This document shows positions 39,601-48,821 of a stretch of DNA of 64,000 bases, piece by piece. Under the pieces are notes generated by a model. The model had not been told where the DNA came from, searched no databases, and was given only the letters and a program-made list of their open reading frames with translations. How positions within the stretch are numbered: the stretch's first letter is position 1; the number at the start of each line of letters is the position of its first letter. The position numbers and the translations under genes are program-made. Source of the stretch: a virus; IMG/VR virus record IMGVR_UViG_3300004369_000005, positions 1 to 64,000 of that record, one strand, 5' to 3'.

Positions 39601-42600
39601 CCAATCTAGTGTTGGGTAGATCTCTTTACCGTAACCAACAGATTCCGAGACAATAAAGTCAAGATTTCTTTCGATCTGATTAGCAGAATCTAACCATCTT
39701 CCGTTACGCTGGAAAATGTTTCTGATTTTTCTTAGATACCTGTTATTTGATGCAGTATCTTTGAATGCAAAATATCTGCCATAGAATTGCATTCCTTTGT
39801 ATGATGTTACATCACCAAGTCTAGATCCAGTCAGTTTTGTGCTATTACCAAGAGGTGCTTGCGAGAATACAATATCACTTCCATCAATTGTATATGCTAC
39901 TCCTGGTTCCTGTAAGATTCCATCTAAAGTAACAAAGATATTATTTACTTTTGCAGGAACAAAAGGATTATCAAAAGAATCTCTTAGTTGGAACCTAGTT
40001 GTACCAACGGTTTTGACGTTTGCTCCAGTATAAGGGGTGTCATTGATGTCAACACCATCGAATGAGTTCTTTGCATACCATGGCTTACCATCGGCAATAA
40101 CATCATCATAGAATCCAGGAGTTGGGTTGTATACTCTAATAGTATATGCTCTGAATTCATTGAAATTAAATTCTGAGGATGCAATAGAACCAGGACCTCT
40201 TCTGATTCTGTTATTTTCTACTTTTTGAATAGACTGAGTGATAACTCTATGTTTGATATCACTAGTAATAGTATTAACTTCTGGATTCCAAAGTTGTATA
40301 ATAGAAGCCTTGCCAGATCTAGGCATCTTAGCAGGCATTCTTGTATTAGCATCAGTCTCAATATCAACTTGACCGAACAGTTTGAAACCAGCGGGGTGTG
40401 TTGTTGACTTAATTAAGTCTCTCCACTGATCGATTGGAGTTCTAGACTTGACAACATAGGAATAATCCTGATAGAAGAAACTATCAGTTATTCTCTGTGA
40501 TCTGTCACTAACTTTACCTCTAGCAGAAGTATAAAATCCTGCATTGTCGTAAGATGATGTGATATTCTCAGTTAGTGTACTAAAATAGACTGCTTTCACC
40601 GCAGCTCTATTAGTTGGATTGCTAACACTAACAATAGGAAAATTATTTCTTACAATTCCCTGTAGTTGATTGAGTTTTAGTAAATTTGTACCAACTTTAA
40701 ACTCACCAACTCGTGCTCGGAAAACTTCTCTTCCTTCTGCATTCGTTTGTGTTACAATCTCTCCTTTTTGGAAGTTACCAATCGGTTCTGTAGGAGATGA
40801 TCTCTTCAGTGCAATAGTAAACTGAGATGTAAAACTAGATGCTACTGTTTTGTCTAAATGGAAGGCACCACCATTGCGAGTAATCTTAATGCTCTGAGGA
40901 ACACCAATAGTATTACTATCAACATACAACTCGGCATTAGATTCAATAATCTCTACTGTTGGTTTGTATGTGTATCCTTTTCCTGCATTCTCTACAGCAA
41001 TAATAGAAATCTTACCATTAGTTACACTTGGTTTGAATCTAGCACCCTGTCCGTCTCCGTCAGTAATTACAACAACTGGATTTGTGTAATTTGATCCACC
41101 TTCTGTTACGGTTATACCAGTAATAACTTGTACTTTTTCATCAAACTCTACTTCAGCAGTTGCTTTGTATGTTGGAGTGATGTCTACACCAGTAATTACA
41201 GGAACTTTCTTATAGTTAAGACCAAGATTAGTTACCTTAATAGTATTGATTTCGCCAATAGAGAAAGCACCTTTTGATGTGTACGTAATAACTCCCGATC
41301 CATCCCACAGAGGTTTGAAAGGAACATTGTATACAATTCTTGTAGGTGTTACATAAATTACAGTCTTCTCGCCCTGTAGAGGATCTGTAATAAGTTCTAG
41401 ATATGCATCATCTGACGTTACAACACCATTCTTGTCAAAATAGTAGAATGTTGTAAAATCAGTTCCTACTTTAGTATCATACTGGTTCTCAGCAATCCTA
41501 GGACCAAAACCAAATTTAACTTCCGTAAACGCTCCTGTATTTCCAGGAAGAATAGTAGATGCAAGTTTTTCTTCTGTAATAAGATTGTATGCTCTACTTG
41601 GACTTAAGTCAAAATAAGTTCCAGTTAGAGATGAGTGTGAAGTATCAAACTTGTAGCGATAAAATTCCTGAATCTGAATATTTGGATTGGGGGTGAATGA
41701 AATGTTATCTTCAGAAATTTCAAACTTGAAGTTAGGAGATTCGACACTAGAAACAGTTACAAGTCTTGCTGGTGTACTACCATCAAAGAACGTGCTGCTA
41801 TTTTGAATTGAAGTAGCAGTATTTCTTTCAATACCATAATTGTAAACCAGGATTACTGATTGAGTGCTTCTATCATAAGTTAATACTTTTCCTGATGTTG
41901 ATAATCCACCAACTTGGAAGTTTTCTGGGAAGTTATATTGTGCTTTATATAAAGTTACTATTTGACCGTCATAATGATTCGTATCTACAGAACCTTCAAT
42001 GCCACGATTGACAGTAATCTCTGTTGGACTATCAATAGCAGTTACTTCCAGAATCTCGGATCCAATTTTAATCAGATCACCAATTGCGAGACCAGTAGTG
42101 CTCTTTAGTACAAGCTTGTTCTTTCCTTCTGCAAAACCAACGTGATCGACGTAGATGGAAAGTCTGGCAGTGCTTCTAGAAGCAGATGATCTGAAAAGAG
42201 ATTCATCATCGACAGAAAGATAATCACCTTTTCTATATCCAGTTCCTTTATTGGTGATGTCAACAGTAGCGACAGTAGCAGAAACTGTTGCAATAATTTC
42301 TAAACCTGTACTAGTTACTAATCCAGTCTCATCATCAAACACCTTAATGTAGTCTGGAAGGTCATCATTAGTGATAATAAATGATCCTCCAATATAATTG
42401 TATCCAGGTGTTTTTACATAAACTTTATTGCCTACAATTTGACCGTTATTAATTGTAAAAGATGCAACTAACCCATCACCGTCACCGCCAGAAATTACAA
42501 CATTATTGTAAACACCATCACGGTATCCAGAGTGAGTTCCTTGGACCTGTAAATCTGATACAACGTTGTTTTTGACAATGATAGTTGCAGTTGCACCAGT

Positions 42601-45600
42601 TCCAGATCCACCAGTTAGTGCTACATCAGTATACGTAGCAGGAGCATAATCTGCTCCACCGTTTAGAATTTGGAATGCTCCAATACCAGTATCGGAAATT
42701 TCTGATTCATATTCTGGTGTTTTTAGAACTACATTTTGATATAGTCTCTTTCTAACATAATAGTCCTTTGTCTTGATAGAATCATCTGGTCTAATATCAA
42801 CCGTGATTTTATCATCAATACCAAGACCATGTGGACTTGAAGTCTCAATCAACGCAACACTCTGATTAACCTCAAATGGTTCTAAGTTATCGCTAAGAGA
42901 AGTAAGAACTACTGGTTTAGATCCAGAAGTGTTAAAGAAGTCAGAAGACTGTAAGAAGTAGTCGCCACCAACTTCTTCTGCAACACCATTACCAGTTGGT
43001 TCATTTGCATTAGATGTAAATTCTTGTCCTACTTGGAACTGTAATCCAGCACCAATTTGATCCCAATTCGTATCACCAAGTTCTACGATTCTGTATACTT
43101 TGTTTGGTAGAATTGAAGTTGCTGTAATTCTGCCTTGGTTAAGAGGAACCCAGTCACCCTCAGTTACTTTGATTTCTACTGTATTCTGACTGCTAGTTCC
43201 ATTTAGAATTTCGCCTTTTGCTACAGCAGGGTTAATACCATCAGTCAAACTGAGGATTGCTCCTTTAGTAAAAGAACTCTTCTGATCGAGTAGAATAAAG
43301 AAGGTTTTGATGTCAGCTGAGAATGTTCCAGTGTTGTCAAATGTACCAATGACATTCTTAAGAACAATTTGATTGTCATTTCTGACTTCACCTACAATAA
43401 CACCAGATGCATTAGAAGATGGTTGTCTTAACGTATCATCTTCAAATAAGTAAGCATTTTGAATTGTAGTTAATTTAACTACTTTATTTTCATAGCTGTC
43501 AATATACTCTACAGGTTTTCCCTTAACAGACTCAACTAGTGCTTCTGCTTGAGATCCATCTGTACCTCTATTATCAAAATATAGTTTTGAATTGACAGAG
43601 AATACATCTGCAGATCTTTCTACAGTGACTCTATCAACTGTGCCTGCTTTTACGCTACCAATCTCTGCAATAACACCTTCGCCATTTCCAGGCATACCCA
43701 ATTCATTTAATCTTCTAGATTTCTTGGGAATGTCATTTTGGTTAATATTTGAATTGTAGTTACTATCTACTGGCAGTGAATAAAAGTTTTGTCCTAGAAT
43801 GTATGGGAATTGTGGTACTTGATTGGCATTAATAGTAATGAAATAAGCATAAACTCCTTCTGGGAAATCAGGAGTAACACAAAATCGTCCATTGTTTTCA
43901 TCTAGCGAACCATTTTTATGCTTATAGGTATAGTCATTTGTAAATGTACCTAAAGGATATTGATTGATTCCTGGTCCTCCACGTCTGGTGGCGTTAAGAA
44001 TATAACTAGTTGTCATACGGGCAATGCCCGAATTATGGTCTAATGGGTCTTGGAAACCATAGGGACCATAGATTGGATTGCCATCATAAGCAAAACCAAT
44101 AATTGGTGAGTGTCTTAGAGTTCCAGTTTCTTGGTTATTGGCAGTAATATTGTCATTAAGGGCATATCTAAATGCTTTTGGATTTGCAAATTGACCGTAA
44201 CCGTATTCATATGAAATATTGTAATTTTCAAAGACATAACCATTCTGGTCGTCCATTACAGACTTATACTTCTCATATCTGTTGAAATTCCATTCTGTTA
44301 ATTCAACTTGTGCCTTTGCACCTTTTCCAACAGGAAGAATGTCAACTCTTACCGTACTCTGATTATAAAATACACCCTCAGAGTTTTTTTCGAATCCAGT
44401 AATTCTTCCATCAACATCAATAATAGCAGTAAAGTCTGCAAAACGACCTTTGCCATTTCTATCAGTAATTCTTACAATAGGTGGAGAAGAATAAAACTCA
44501 CCAGCATTATCAATAATCAAACTGGTTACTTTATCGCCAGTTACAACTGCGCGAACAATAGCACCTCTACCAGAAGTTACCTCAATCGTTGGTTCAACAG
44601 GAAATACCTTCTGCGAAGTTACAGTGTAACTTTCAACAACTGATCCTGATAGATTTGCTTGTACTAAATCAGGAACACCATCAACTAGAACAAATGGTGG
44701 TTTGGCATATCCTGAACCTTGATCTACAACAGATACAGATTCTAAATTTCCATATCTAATACTTTCTTTGTCTTTGTATCCATATAGACGAACACCATTA
44801 AGGAGAAGTCCAACTTCTGACTTGGGAGTAGCATACTTTTCAGTAGTCTTAATTGCGTTTTTTCTAAGAATACGAAGAAGTTTTTGATCTTTAATTGGTT
44901 GGTTATCTAGAATACTTTCCTTAAAGATTTCATATGATGGAAAGCTAGAAGATGTGATATAATAATATTGTTCGTCTGCAAAAATAGCAGAAACATCAGT
45001 TGCAACTGGAGACAGTTGTGACTCAATGGTTGGTTTAGTTGGAATCTTGACAGGAAGATTATTATTCAGGATCCATCTATAAATGTTAGATCCAGTCTGA
45101 GTGATCTTATTATCGGCAGTTTGGAAACCAGGAATAGAGATCTGAACCTTATCATTTGGATATGAATAAGGTTGAGCGTCGGTAATCTTGAAATCGTAGA
45201 CTACACCTAAGGTCAGAAGTTCTACATCAGCACCTTTGATAATAACTGGTTTGTATACAGATGTACCTACCTCATGGGTATAAGTAACATCACCTCTTTT
45301 CTCGATAGTAAATTGAGTTACATTTTTGTCATTGAAGGAGATAATTTCTTCTCCAATTAGAATTTTACCTTTTTCCTTCCATCCAACGGTAGAAAATACA
45401 TTAACTCTTTTTCCAATACCTGTTGTATTAGAAAGAGTCTTAGTGAGACTAGTTTTTGTGGAAATAGCAAACTCACCAGTTACAGTCTCTGGTGCAAGGA
45501 CCAGATTGACAATTGCTTCTCCATCTGCAGTAATATCGCCAATTACGTTATCTACAGTAGCGGAGACATATCCATACTCTTCTGTCTCTTCTTGTACTAC

Positions 45601-46380
45601 TACTTTACCAATTAGATCGTTAACGTTGCCACTAACAACCTTTACTTTCAAAGCATAGATATTCGTCCAATCAGACTCAGAAGACTTAAGGGTAAAATCT
45701 GTTGGTTTGTATACTTCTGGTTTTTCCCTGGCATCTTTAGATATGATAGTATTAAAGATGAACTTGATAGAACTATCAGTACCTTTTGCCTTATAGAACT
45801 TATCAATGTTCTTGATAAGAGTTCTTTTATCAACTTCACCTTTTAGATACTTTTCTGGGAAAGAACCTAAGTATTGAGATTCAAAATTCTTGACAAATGC
45901 ATACAGGAAAAGGTTACTAATATTGTAAACCTTTACACCATAGTTATGACTTGCTGCATTTGTGCTTGTAAAAGTAGTAGACTCATACAAGTCACCTAAT
46001 GATGTATTGCCACTTACTCCTCTATGGCAATTTTTAAATTCAGTTTCTGTTCTTTTTTCATAGAAAATAATCTCATCATTAATTCTGATGTAACCATTCT
46101 TCTCTGGGAATGAAGTTGCATCATCAACAACGATGATTGTTTCAGTAGCATTAACTGTTACTGATAGTTCTGTGTACTGCTTTAGAAGACGTTTCTCATA
46201 ATAATCAATATCAGCATACTTTTGGATATTGTTAATAATATCCAAGGTGCCGCCTTGCACTTCCTGTGCTTCATAATACTTCTCTACAAACTTACTAAAC
46301 AGTTCGTATTCTGAAGAAATGAATTCAGGAAGCTGCGACTCAATTAGAGTTGAAATTCTCTTAGTCTTTACAGCAGGCAT
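33613..46380 (-). CDS. gp7: baseplate wedge initiator (T4 gp7-like), giant 4255-aa form
   Basis: ISTLIESQLPEFI N-terminus, FYKAKGT, HSPIIGFAYDGNPIYGPYG, DSFFYQDYSYVVKS..THPAGFKLFG; lies between gp6 and gp8. Confidence 0.88.
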   Translation of the reverse strand: MPAVKTKRISTLIESQLPEFISSEYELFSKFVEKYYEAQEVQGGTLDIINNIQKYADIDYYEKRLLKQYTELSVTVNATETIIVVDDATSFPEKNGYIRINDEIIFYEKRTETEFKNCHRGVSGNTSLGDLYESTTFTSTNAASHNYGVKVYNISNLFLYAFVKNFESQYLGSFPEKYLKGEVDKRTLIKNIDKFYKAKGTDSSIKFIFNTIISKDAREKPEVYKPTDFTLKSSESDWTNIYALKVKVVSGNVNDLIGKVVVQEETEEYGYVSATVDNVIGDITADGEAIVNLVLAPETVTGEFAISTKTSLTKTLSNTTGIGKRVNVFSTVGWKEKGKILIGEEIISFNDKNVTQFTIEKRGDVTYTHEVGTSVYKPVIIKGADVELLTLGVVYDFKITDAQPYSYPNDKVQISIPGFQTADNKITQTGSNIYRWILNNNLPVKIPTKPTIESQLSPVATDVSAIFADEQYYYITSSSFPSYEIFKESILDNQPIKDQKLLRILRKNAIKTTEKYATPKSEVGLLLNGVRLYGYKDKESIRYGNLESVSVVDQGSGYAKPPFVLVDGVPDLVQANLSGSVVESYTVTSQKVFPVEPTIEVTSGRGAIVRAVVTGDKVTSLIIDNAGEFYSSPPIVRITDRNGKGRFADFTAIIDVDGRITGFEKNSEGVFYNQSTVRVDILPVGKGAKAQVELTEWNFNRYEKYKSVMDDQNGYVFENYNISYEYGYGQFANPKAFRYALNDNITANNQETGTLRHSPIIGFAYDGNPIYGPYGFQDPLDHNSGIARMTTSYILNATRRGGPGINQYPLGTFTNDYTYKHKNGSLDENNGRFCVTPDFPEGVYAYFITINANQVPQFPYILGQNFYSLPVDSNYNSNINQNDIPKKSRRLNELGMPGNGEGVIAEIGSVKAGTVDRVTVERSADVFSVNSKLYFDNRGTDGSQAEALVESVKGKPVEYIDSYENKVVKLTTIQNAYLFEDDTLRQPSSNASGVIVGEVRNDNQIVLKNVIGTFDNTGTFSADIKTFFILLDQKSSFTKGAILSLTDGINPAVAKGEILNGTSSQNTVEIKVTEGDWVPLNQGRITATSILPNKVYRIVELGDTNWDQIGAGLQFQVGQEFTSNANEPTGNGVAEEVGGDYFLQSSDFFNTSGSKPVVLTSLSDNLEPFEVNQSVALIETSSPHGLGIDDKITVDIRPDDSIKTKDYYVRKRLYQNVVLKTPEYESEISDTGIGAFQILNGGADYAPATYTDVALTGGSGTGATATIIVKNNVVSDLQVQGTHSGYRDGVYNNVVISGGDGDGLVASFTINNGQIVGNKVYVKTPGYNYIGGSFIITNDDLPDYIKVFDDETGLVTSTGLEIIATVSATVATVDITNKGTGYRKGDYLSVDDESLFRSSASRSTARLSIYVDHVGFAEGKNKLVLKSTTGLAIGDLIKIGSEILEVTAIDSPTEITVNRGIEGSVDTNHYDGQIVTLYKAQYNFPENFQVGGLSTSGKVLTYDRSTQSVILVYNYGIERNTATSIQNSSTFFDGSTPARLVTVSSVESPNFKFEISEDNISFTPNPNIQIQEFYRYKFDTSHSSLTGTYFDLSPSRAYNLITEEKLASTILPGNTGAFTEVKFGFGPRIAENQYDTKVGTDFTTFYYFDKNGVVTSDDAYLELITDPLQGEKTVIYVTPTRIVYNVPFKPLWDGSGVITYTSKGAFSIGEINTIKVTNLGLNYKKVPVITGVDITPTYKATAEVEFDEKVQVITGITVTEGGSNYTNPVVVITDGDGQGARFKPSVTNGKISIIAVENAGKGYTYKPTVEIIESNAELYVDSNTIGVPQSIKITRNGGAFHLDKTVASSFTSQFTIALKRSSPTEPIGNFQKGEIVTQTNAEGREVFRARVGEFKVGTNLLKLNQLQGIVRNNFPIVSVSNPTNRAAVKAVYFSTLTENITSSYDNAGFYTSARGKVSDRSQRITDSFFYQDYSYVVKSRTPIDQWRDLIKSTTHPAGFKLFGQVDIETDANTRMPAKMPRSGKASIIQLWNPEVNTITSDIKHRVITQSIQKVENNRIRRGPGSIASSEFNFNEFRAYTIRVYNPTPGFYDDVIADGKPWYAKNSFDGVDINDTPYTGANVKTVGTTRFQLRDSFDNPFVPAKVNNIFVTLDGILQEPGVAYTIDGSDIVFSQAPLGNSTKLTGSRLGDVTSYKGMQFYGRYFAFKDTASNNRYLRKIRNIFQRNGRWLDSANQIERNLDFIVSESVGYGKEIYPTLDWSTKGSSYESDLRSILKAYEHDLRFGGNVKTVDYLSYFNEDNTYDYITDNKESSLDIIRYATNLSKLAIRNWDIVINNVNFIQGSRVLTMADTNKVAVGMLISSGGSFPEGTRIASIDSETQITLTRAALSNSGFGGGGAPAGTTTFDGITDGNAVSPTSTAAVEPGDTFTVDEGDTFSVPPSFSGSDTATFYFSGINTGTFYDAANLIAANKAYLQEEVSATIYNNYTLQTTVEKCARDLGYLIDAIVYHLKFGGTEQVVEFGRLYYTNAGYPYGEVLTSINRSVEETAAAIAAWDLLVEKMTLAMRNSLGAGTYTNIAPVTDPDVAIDSLTPACANVASALSSYIQIVKDILAFGTGYVDATPQNLNSEGNWTSLRVYTNYNIIEDPLLPDSECADVISSVDSLFANVTDILNEESVSRSLPDYVDGETKEFELYWEDGTEVNSEEDEDFFITINAVLQQPKYNATYPGGDAYYIDRTVIPNKIVFDVAPIWDQDFGAKSIGEPTAVERVVGLGVGNYKRLTIDYNLVDGVRSGPFLILDMEDRSVQKIDEKEFLFVFVDGVLQREGYSYTISGPNIYFNVPITEQNDVDMRLLYGRDVGQILNIYDYSPNTYYIQGDITFTLDKSTAFAVQAVNRLARNDDNVSYDSWMRDKRYAGYRAIGSKSNGSSFDAPIGDIIDPYIFSEVGNIVTIKARFIVSQYHELVTSEAFGDRYVVRLASIADASITTNVIINQIDRTITRDETGRIRLADRNGKWNATKLGRSYRKTFLPLNSGDTIRVDGESAFRKISALPSIVTSKDYSNSIPSNNSIFGIVGVEAYNGSTEGTGLSVVPIMETVEDENGNQVLTGRIARLEWNQRNYNPNTQPTAYQYYTPPIIQFIPEDGNGGGAQAEVLTLGGHILSVDLINPGSGYTSAPKTVVARGYDILVERDIAVSLVTIGIQPKLDANIKTIASEISIASLPVPLAFSTSAIIAESPRAVFKSLTAIIQVEGDDNLKKDLDCRVVQPLTKFTDSKNKKVQTYLIDMFLGQNEYVSIASTRTPFVKSVSITQTSRKLTTQSQKRIFNDSLGNFNYYETGAYLDLDMTATDTVAYIADTSKFETNGYLMIGDEVVRYYRKLTDRFLNLQRGVDGTTAKPWLAGTFLKQIPKKVEVVSGGVAAIQSVAAVKIKQVDSEVKFNEDNEFAKWFEPRPVSVEQKATLNERVITAQIQSVQAIDSLSYVTAKTQRKTDVGARKVIGLFSTLDFDRTIIRGELQRQNIFFPAPVVTQTVVTAAAHKAITTEVTLLNVFSESVTVKPYASFEKLDSLAWKETLIEQDIKKEAVVPDVKITQIYAKATVRPTVSSTSQISIISDAISIAPRDSFSAIETLAWKETLVKRDIKKEAIQIVDWKVTQTIIKEQVTPSIVSTNTTFLASTEAITTRPSETFVSIDSLTHYTQPDRLEIQKANINLYDWRVEQTIVKATLRPSIVFTSTSVTEAIATSIAPRDSFSAIETLARKETLVKRDIKKDAVQIVDWKIAKTIIKSQVGPSITSTNRIDIISEALSIAPKDSIASFGEMYAIKQPDRLEIQKADINLVDWKVTQTIVKAQVAPTVTSTSHISIISDALSIAPKDSIASFNSLSVGATEIKADIKKDAVQIVDWKIAKTIIKSQVRPTVIATVQANIVTESGGAAGAGAINSEARFESLTRDNIEIKVDIKKSAVRLADWKVSHKQIRSSLAPTISSVSASSIEANAITTRPQETGIFADSVVRTTVNHVEELHHISIHHEVVHNGPTELLRIHPGSGVVDGFVESIFLSDPVPTRDGGFVDITDDHDVLTRDGDLIDVINQLFGSSGSGDYLGNYTTGNAGPTLRNWNYVGYDDGSANASGVSIERFSALFPQMTLADFEDRPNSSYTINGDYFNLANPSIQNAIAITSQNGLISGTISVNNSGDPGAEPTKYFLDSGYLFTSGGSIIQYTSKTGTTFDGCTVYSGPTTISAGDEMINIEVD
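34360..35710 (-). repeat. ~7 tandem 63-aa (189-nt) mosaic repeats near the gp7 C-terminus
   Basis: SIAP.DS...DIKK.A.QIVDWK...I.K..V.P units; 44-bp exact DNA match at 34655-34698 and 35033-35076 (offset 378 = 2x189). Confidence 0.9.
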
Positions 46381-46384
46381 TTAC

Positions 46385-48181
46385 TTACTCTTTGTATGCA
46401 GTGAATGAGGAATTGGCAACGTCAACATCCAAGTAAACCTCACGGAGTGCCTGAATATCATTAGAAAGTGGTTTTACACGAACAGAGATTCTATTATCAA
46501 AGAAACTACCTTTGATGATAGTCAAATTATAAAGTTTGAGTTCACCTTTATCATAATCAATATCACCGACTTCCTTGTCTAGAAGGACTTTTTCACCTGT
46601 TGCGGTATCTAGTCTATATAGGACAATTTTGCCATCCCTATCTTCAAGATAGACATCAAACAAAGGATATTCTGTGACTCTAAATCCAGTAGTAGAAAGG
46701 GTTGCGCCATCACAATCTTTATCAAAAGGATTCTGGTAACAGATTTCGTAATAGAACGTAGAATTTAACTGTGGATAGAAATCCTTCCTCATTGTGACTG
46801 TTGTCAAATTAGAGTTAATTGCTCGGTCTGCATCATCAATTACACCAGTAAATTTACTGTGTCTAAACTTACCGTTAAACTTCTCTGTATTTGATGTATT
46901 GATATAATCCTGCACTGTTCCAATAACTTTGTCGCGAATTTGTGCTGGTGATTGATCTGTTTTATCACCACTGTAATAAATCTTACTTTGTATCTCGACA
47001 TATAGTACAGATGGGTCTACAATCACTGGAGTAACAGAAGCAACCGAATACTTCTTCAACTCATCAATAATTTGCTTTTTAGTAACACTTGTTACATAAG
47101 TAGCATCCTTTGGTTTTAGTACAATGAATACTTTTCCATACTGAGGAGGATCTGCATCTTCTCCGCCGTAAATAATGATGTCACTAGTAGCAGGATAAAT
47201 TTTTCTAATAATAGATGAGTAATCATTTGATGTTACTGCTCTATCCTGTGATCCATATGCCTTAGGAGCATTGAACTTAATCTTGCTAATAGACTCCAGT
47301 CCTTCGCCTCCAGAAGCAGCAATCGTTGAATCAACAGTTACCTCGAAAGCGTTAGGAGAGACCCCTTGTGGGTTCTCCAGGACGCCAGAGAAGACGAATG
47401 TGCGTACACCATTGCTCTCTGGTCCAGAAGTGGTTAGATAGGAAACTTCTATTCTTGATCCATTTTCAAGTTTCTTACCTAGTACACCATCGCCAAAAAC
47501 TAATTCGTATCTTTCATCCTCGATCTCGTCTAGAAAGAATACTTTAGAATCTTGATCTACATCTAAAATATTGTCTGCTACTAGATATGGTTCGCTAAAC
47601 GATCCACCTGTAGGAAATACGTTTACTCTTACTGTATTAGTATCAATGTTCTGGTTGTCAAGAATAAATTTCTGTGACTTAAGTGATGTATTAACAGTGT
47701 AAGTATTTTTTAAAAGAGTTCCTTCATACACAGGAACTTCTGTAAAAATTGCTTTTTGATTCGATACTTGTGCCTTTACATCATTAAGAACAACGTATTG
47801 ATATGTCGTGTTGTCGTATGATGCAACAAATCCTGTTCCTTTCTTAAGTAGGAGTTCAGTATCAGTTGTTGGGTTATTGTAATCGACTGTAAAACTAATA
47901 TAAGCAACAGGAGATGTGATGCTCTTAGGTCTGTAACCTAATTGCTTTGCCAGAGCAACCACATTGTCCCTGAGGGTGGCAGAATCAATGAATAGTTCAT
48001 TGACTACCATGTTGGTGTTAAATGCCGTATAATACGTGTTATAGGCAAGTGTGTCGATTAGCGTTGATAACGCAGATCCTTCGAAGTCATAATCAGTAAA
48101 GTCCGACTGCGCTCTAAGGTATTCCTTCAGAGCAGACTTGATATCTTCAAAGTCTAAATTAGCAACTTGAGTATATGGCAT
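46385..48181 (-). CDS. gp6: baseplate wedge subunit (T4 gp6)
   Basis: LDFEDIK, FTDYDFEGS, LAYNTYY, FGDGVLGKKL, QDRAVT..DY motifs. Confidence 0.95.
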   Translation of the reverse strand: MPYTQVANLDFEDIKSALKEYLRAQSDFTDYDFEGSALSTLIDTLAYNTYYTAFNTNMVVNELFIDSATLRDNVVALAKQLGYRPKSITSPVAYISFTVDYNNPTTDTELLLKKGTGFVASYDNTTYQYVVLNDVKAQVSNQKAIFTEVPVYEGTLLKNTYTVNTSLKSQKFILDNQNIDTNTVRVNVFPTGGSFSEPYLVADNILDVDQDSKVFFLDEIEDERYELVFGDGVLGKKLENGSRIEVSYLTTSGPESNGVRTFVFSGVLENPQGVSPNAFEVTVDSTIAASGGEGLESISKIKFNAPKAYGSQDRAVTSNDYSSIIRKIYPATSDIIIYGGEDADPPQYGKVFIVLKPKDATYVTSVTKKQIIDELKKYSVASVTPVIVDPSVLYVEIQSKIYYSGDKTDQSPAQIRDKVIGTVQDYINTSNTEKFNGKFRHSKFTGVIDDADRAINSNLTTVTMRKDFYPQLNSTFYYEICYQNPFDKDCDGATLSTTGFRVTEYPLFDVYLEDRDGKIVLYRLDTATGEKVLLDKEVGDIDYDKGELKLYNLTIIKGSFFDNRISVRVKPLSNDIQALREVYLDVDVANSSFTAYKE

Positions 48182-48573
48182 TATCGAGTACGCTCTAGGA
48201 AGAATTCTACATTTACGGGTGCATCATCCCTGCCTACGATATAATAACTTAACTCAATATCATATCCGTTATCCTCATCGTTTGGAATACAACGGATAGT
48301 GTCAACGGTAATCCTAGGTTCATACTTAGCAAGACAATTGGAAATCTCACCTCTGATGAGACCAGCACTACCATAGTCTAGTGGTTCGAACAACATTCTA
48401 GAAATGTTCGATCCTAGATCAGGACGAAATGGACGTTCTCCCTTCACAGTAAGAAGCAAAGCAGTGATCGATTGAGCGATAGCTGCTTTATCCTTCACTG
48501 TTACCAAATCATCGGAAACAGGATGCTTCTTAAATGTAACACTCAAATCTTTGAATGTCTGAAAGGAAGGCAT
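48181..48573 (-). CDS. gp25: baseplate wedge subunit (T4 gp25, GPW/gp25 family)
   Basis: GERPFRPDLGS and YEPRI motifs. Confidence 0.93.
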   Translation of the reverse strand: MPSFQTFKDLSVTFKKHPVSDDLVTVKDKAAIAQSITALLLTVKGERPFRPDLGSNISRMLFEPLDYGSAGLIRGEISNCLAKYEPRITVDTIRCIPNDEDNGYDIELSYYIVGRDDAPVNVEFFLERTR

Positions 48574-48603
48574 TTAGACACAGCACGGGATGTCTTTATT
48601 TAT

Positions 48604-48819
48604 TCACTCGTGCCAACGCTCTACAAAATCATCAAAACCACCCGCTCCTCCACAAGGACGCTCAAGGCGGTCTTCGGGAAGTGGATATAGTTCTTCCTTC
48701 ATCTTTGATCTACGACGCTTTGCAGCGGCATCTAGAAGGCGATCACTGTCAGTTTCAGTGATGAGTGTCATACCTTCCTCAATAAATTCTTCGCTTTTGT
48801 CTACAGGAAATAATCCCAT
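48604..48819 (-). CDS. hypothetical protein (likely start MGLFPVDKS)
   Basis: Track ORF 48604..48855, trimmed to the first ATG. Confidence 0.65.
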   Translation of the reverse strand: MGLFPVDKSEEFIEEGMTLITETDSDRLLDAAAKRRRSKMKEELYPLPEDRLERPCGGAGGFDDFVERWHE

Positions 48820-48821
48820 GT

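Noticed and set aside
7470-46000. Numerous plus-strand and out-of-frame ORFs of 60-160 aa inside the large structural genes
   Set aside because: Antisense or shadow frames of strongly supported minus-strand genes with no recognisable motifs
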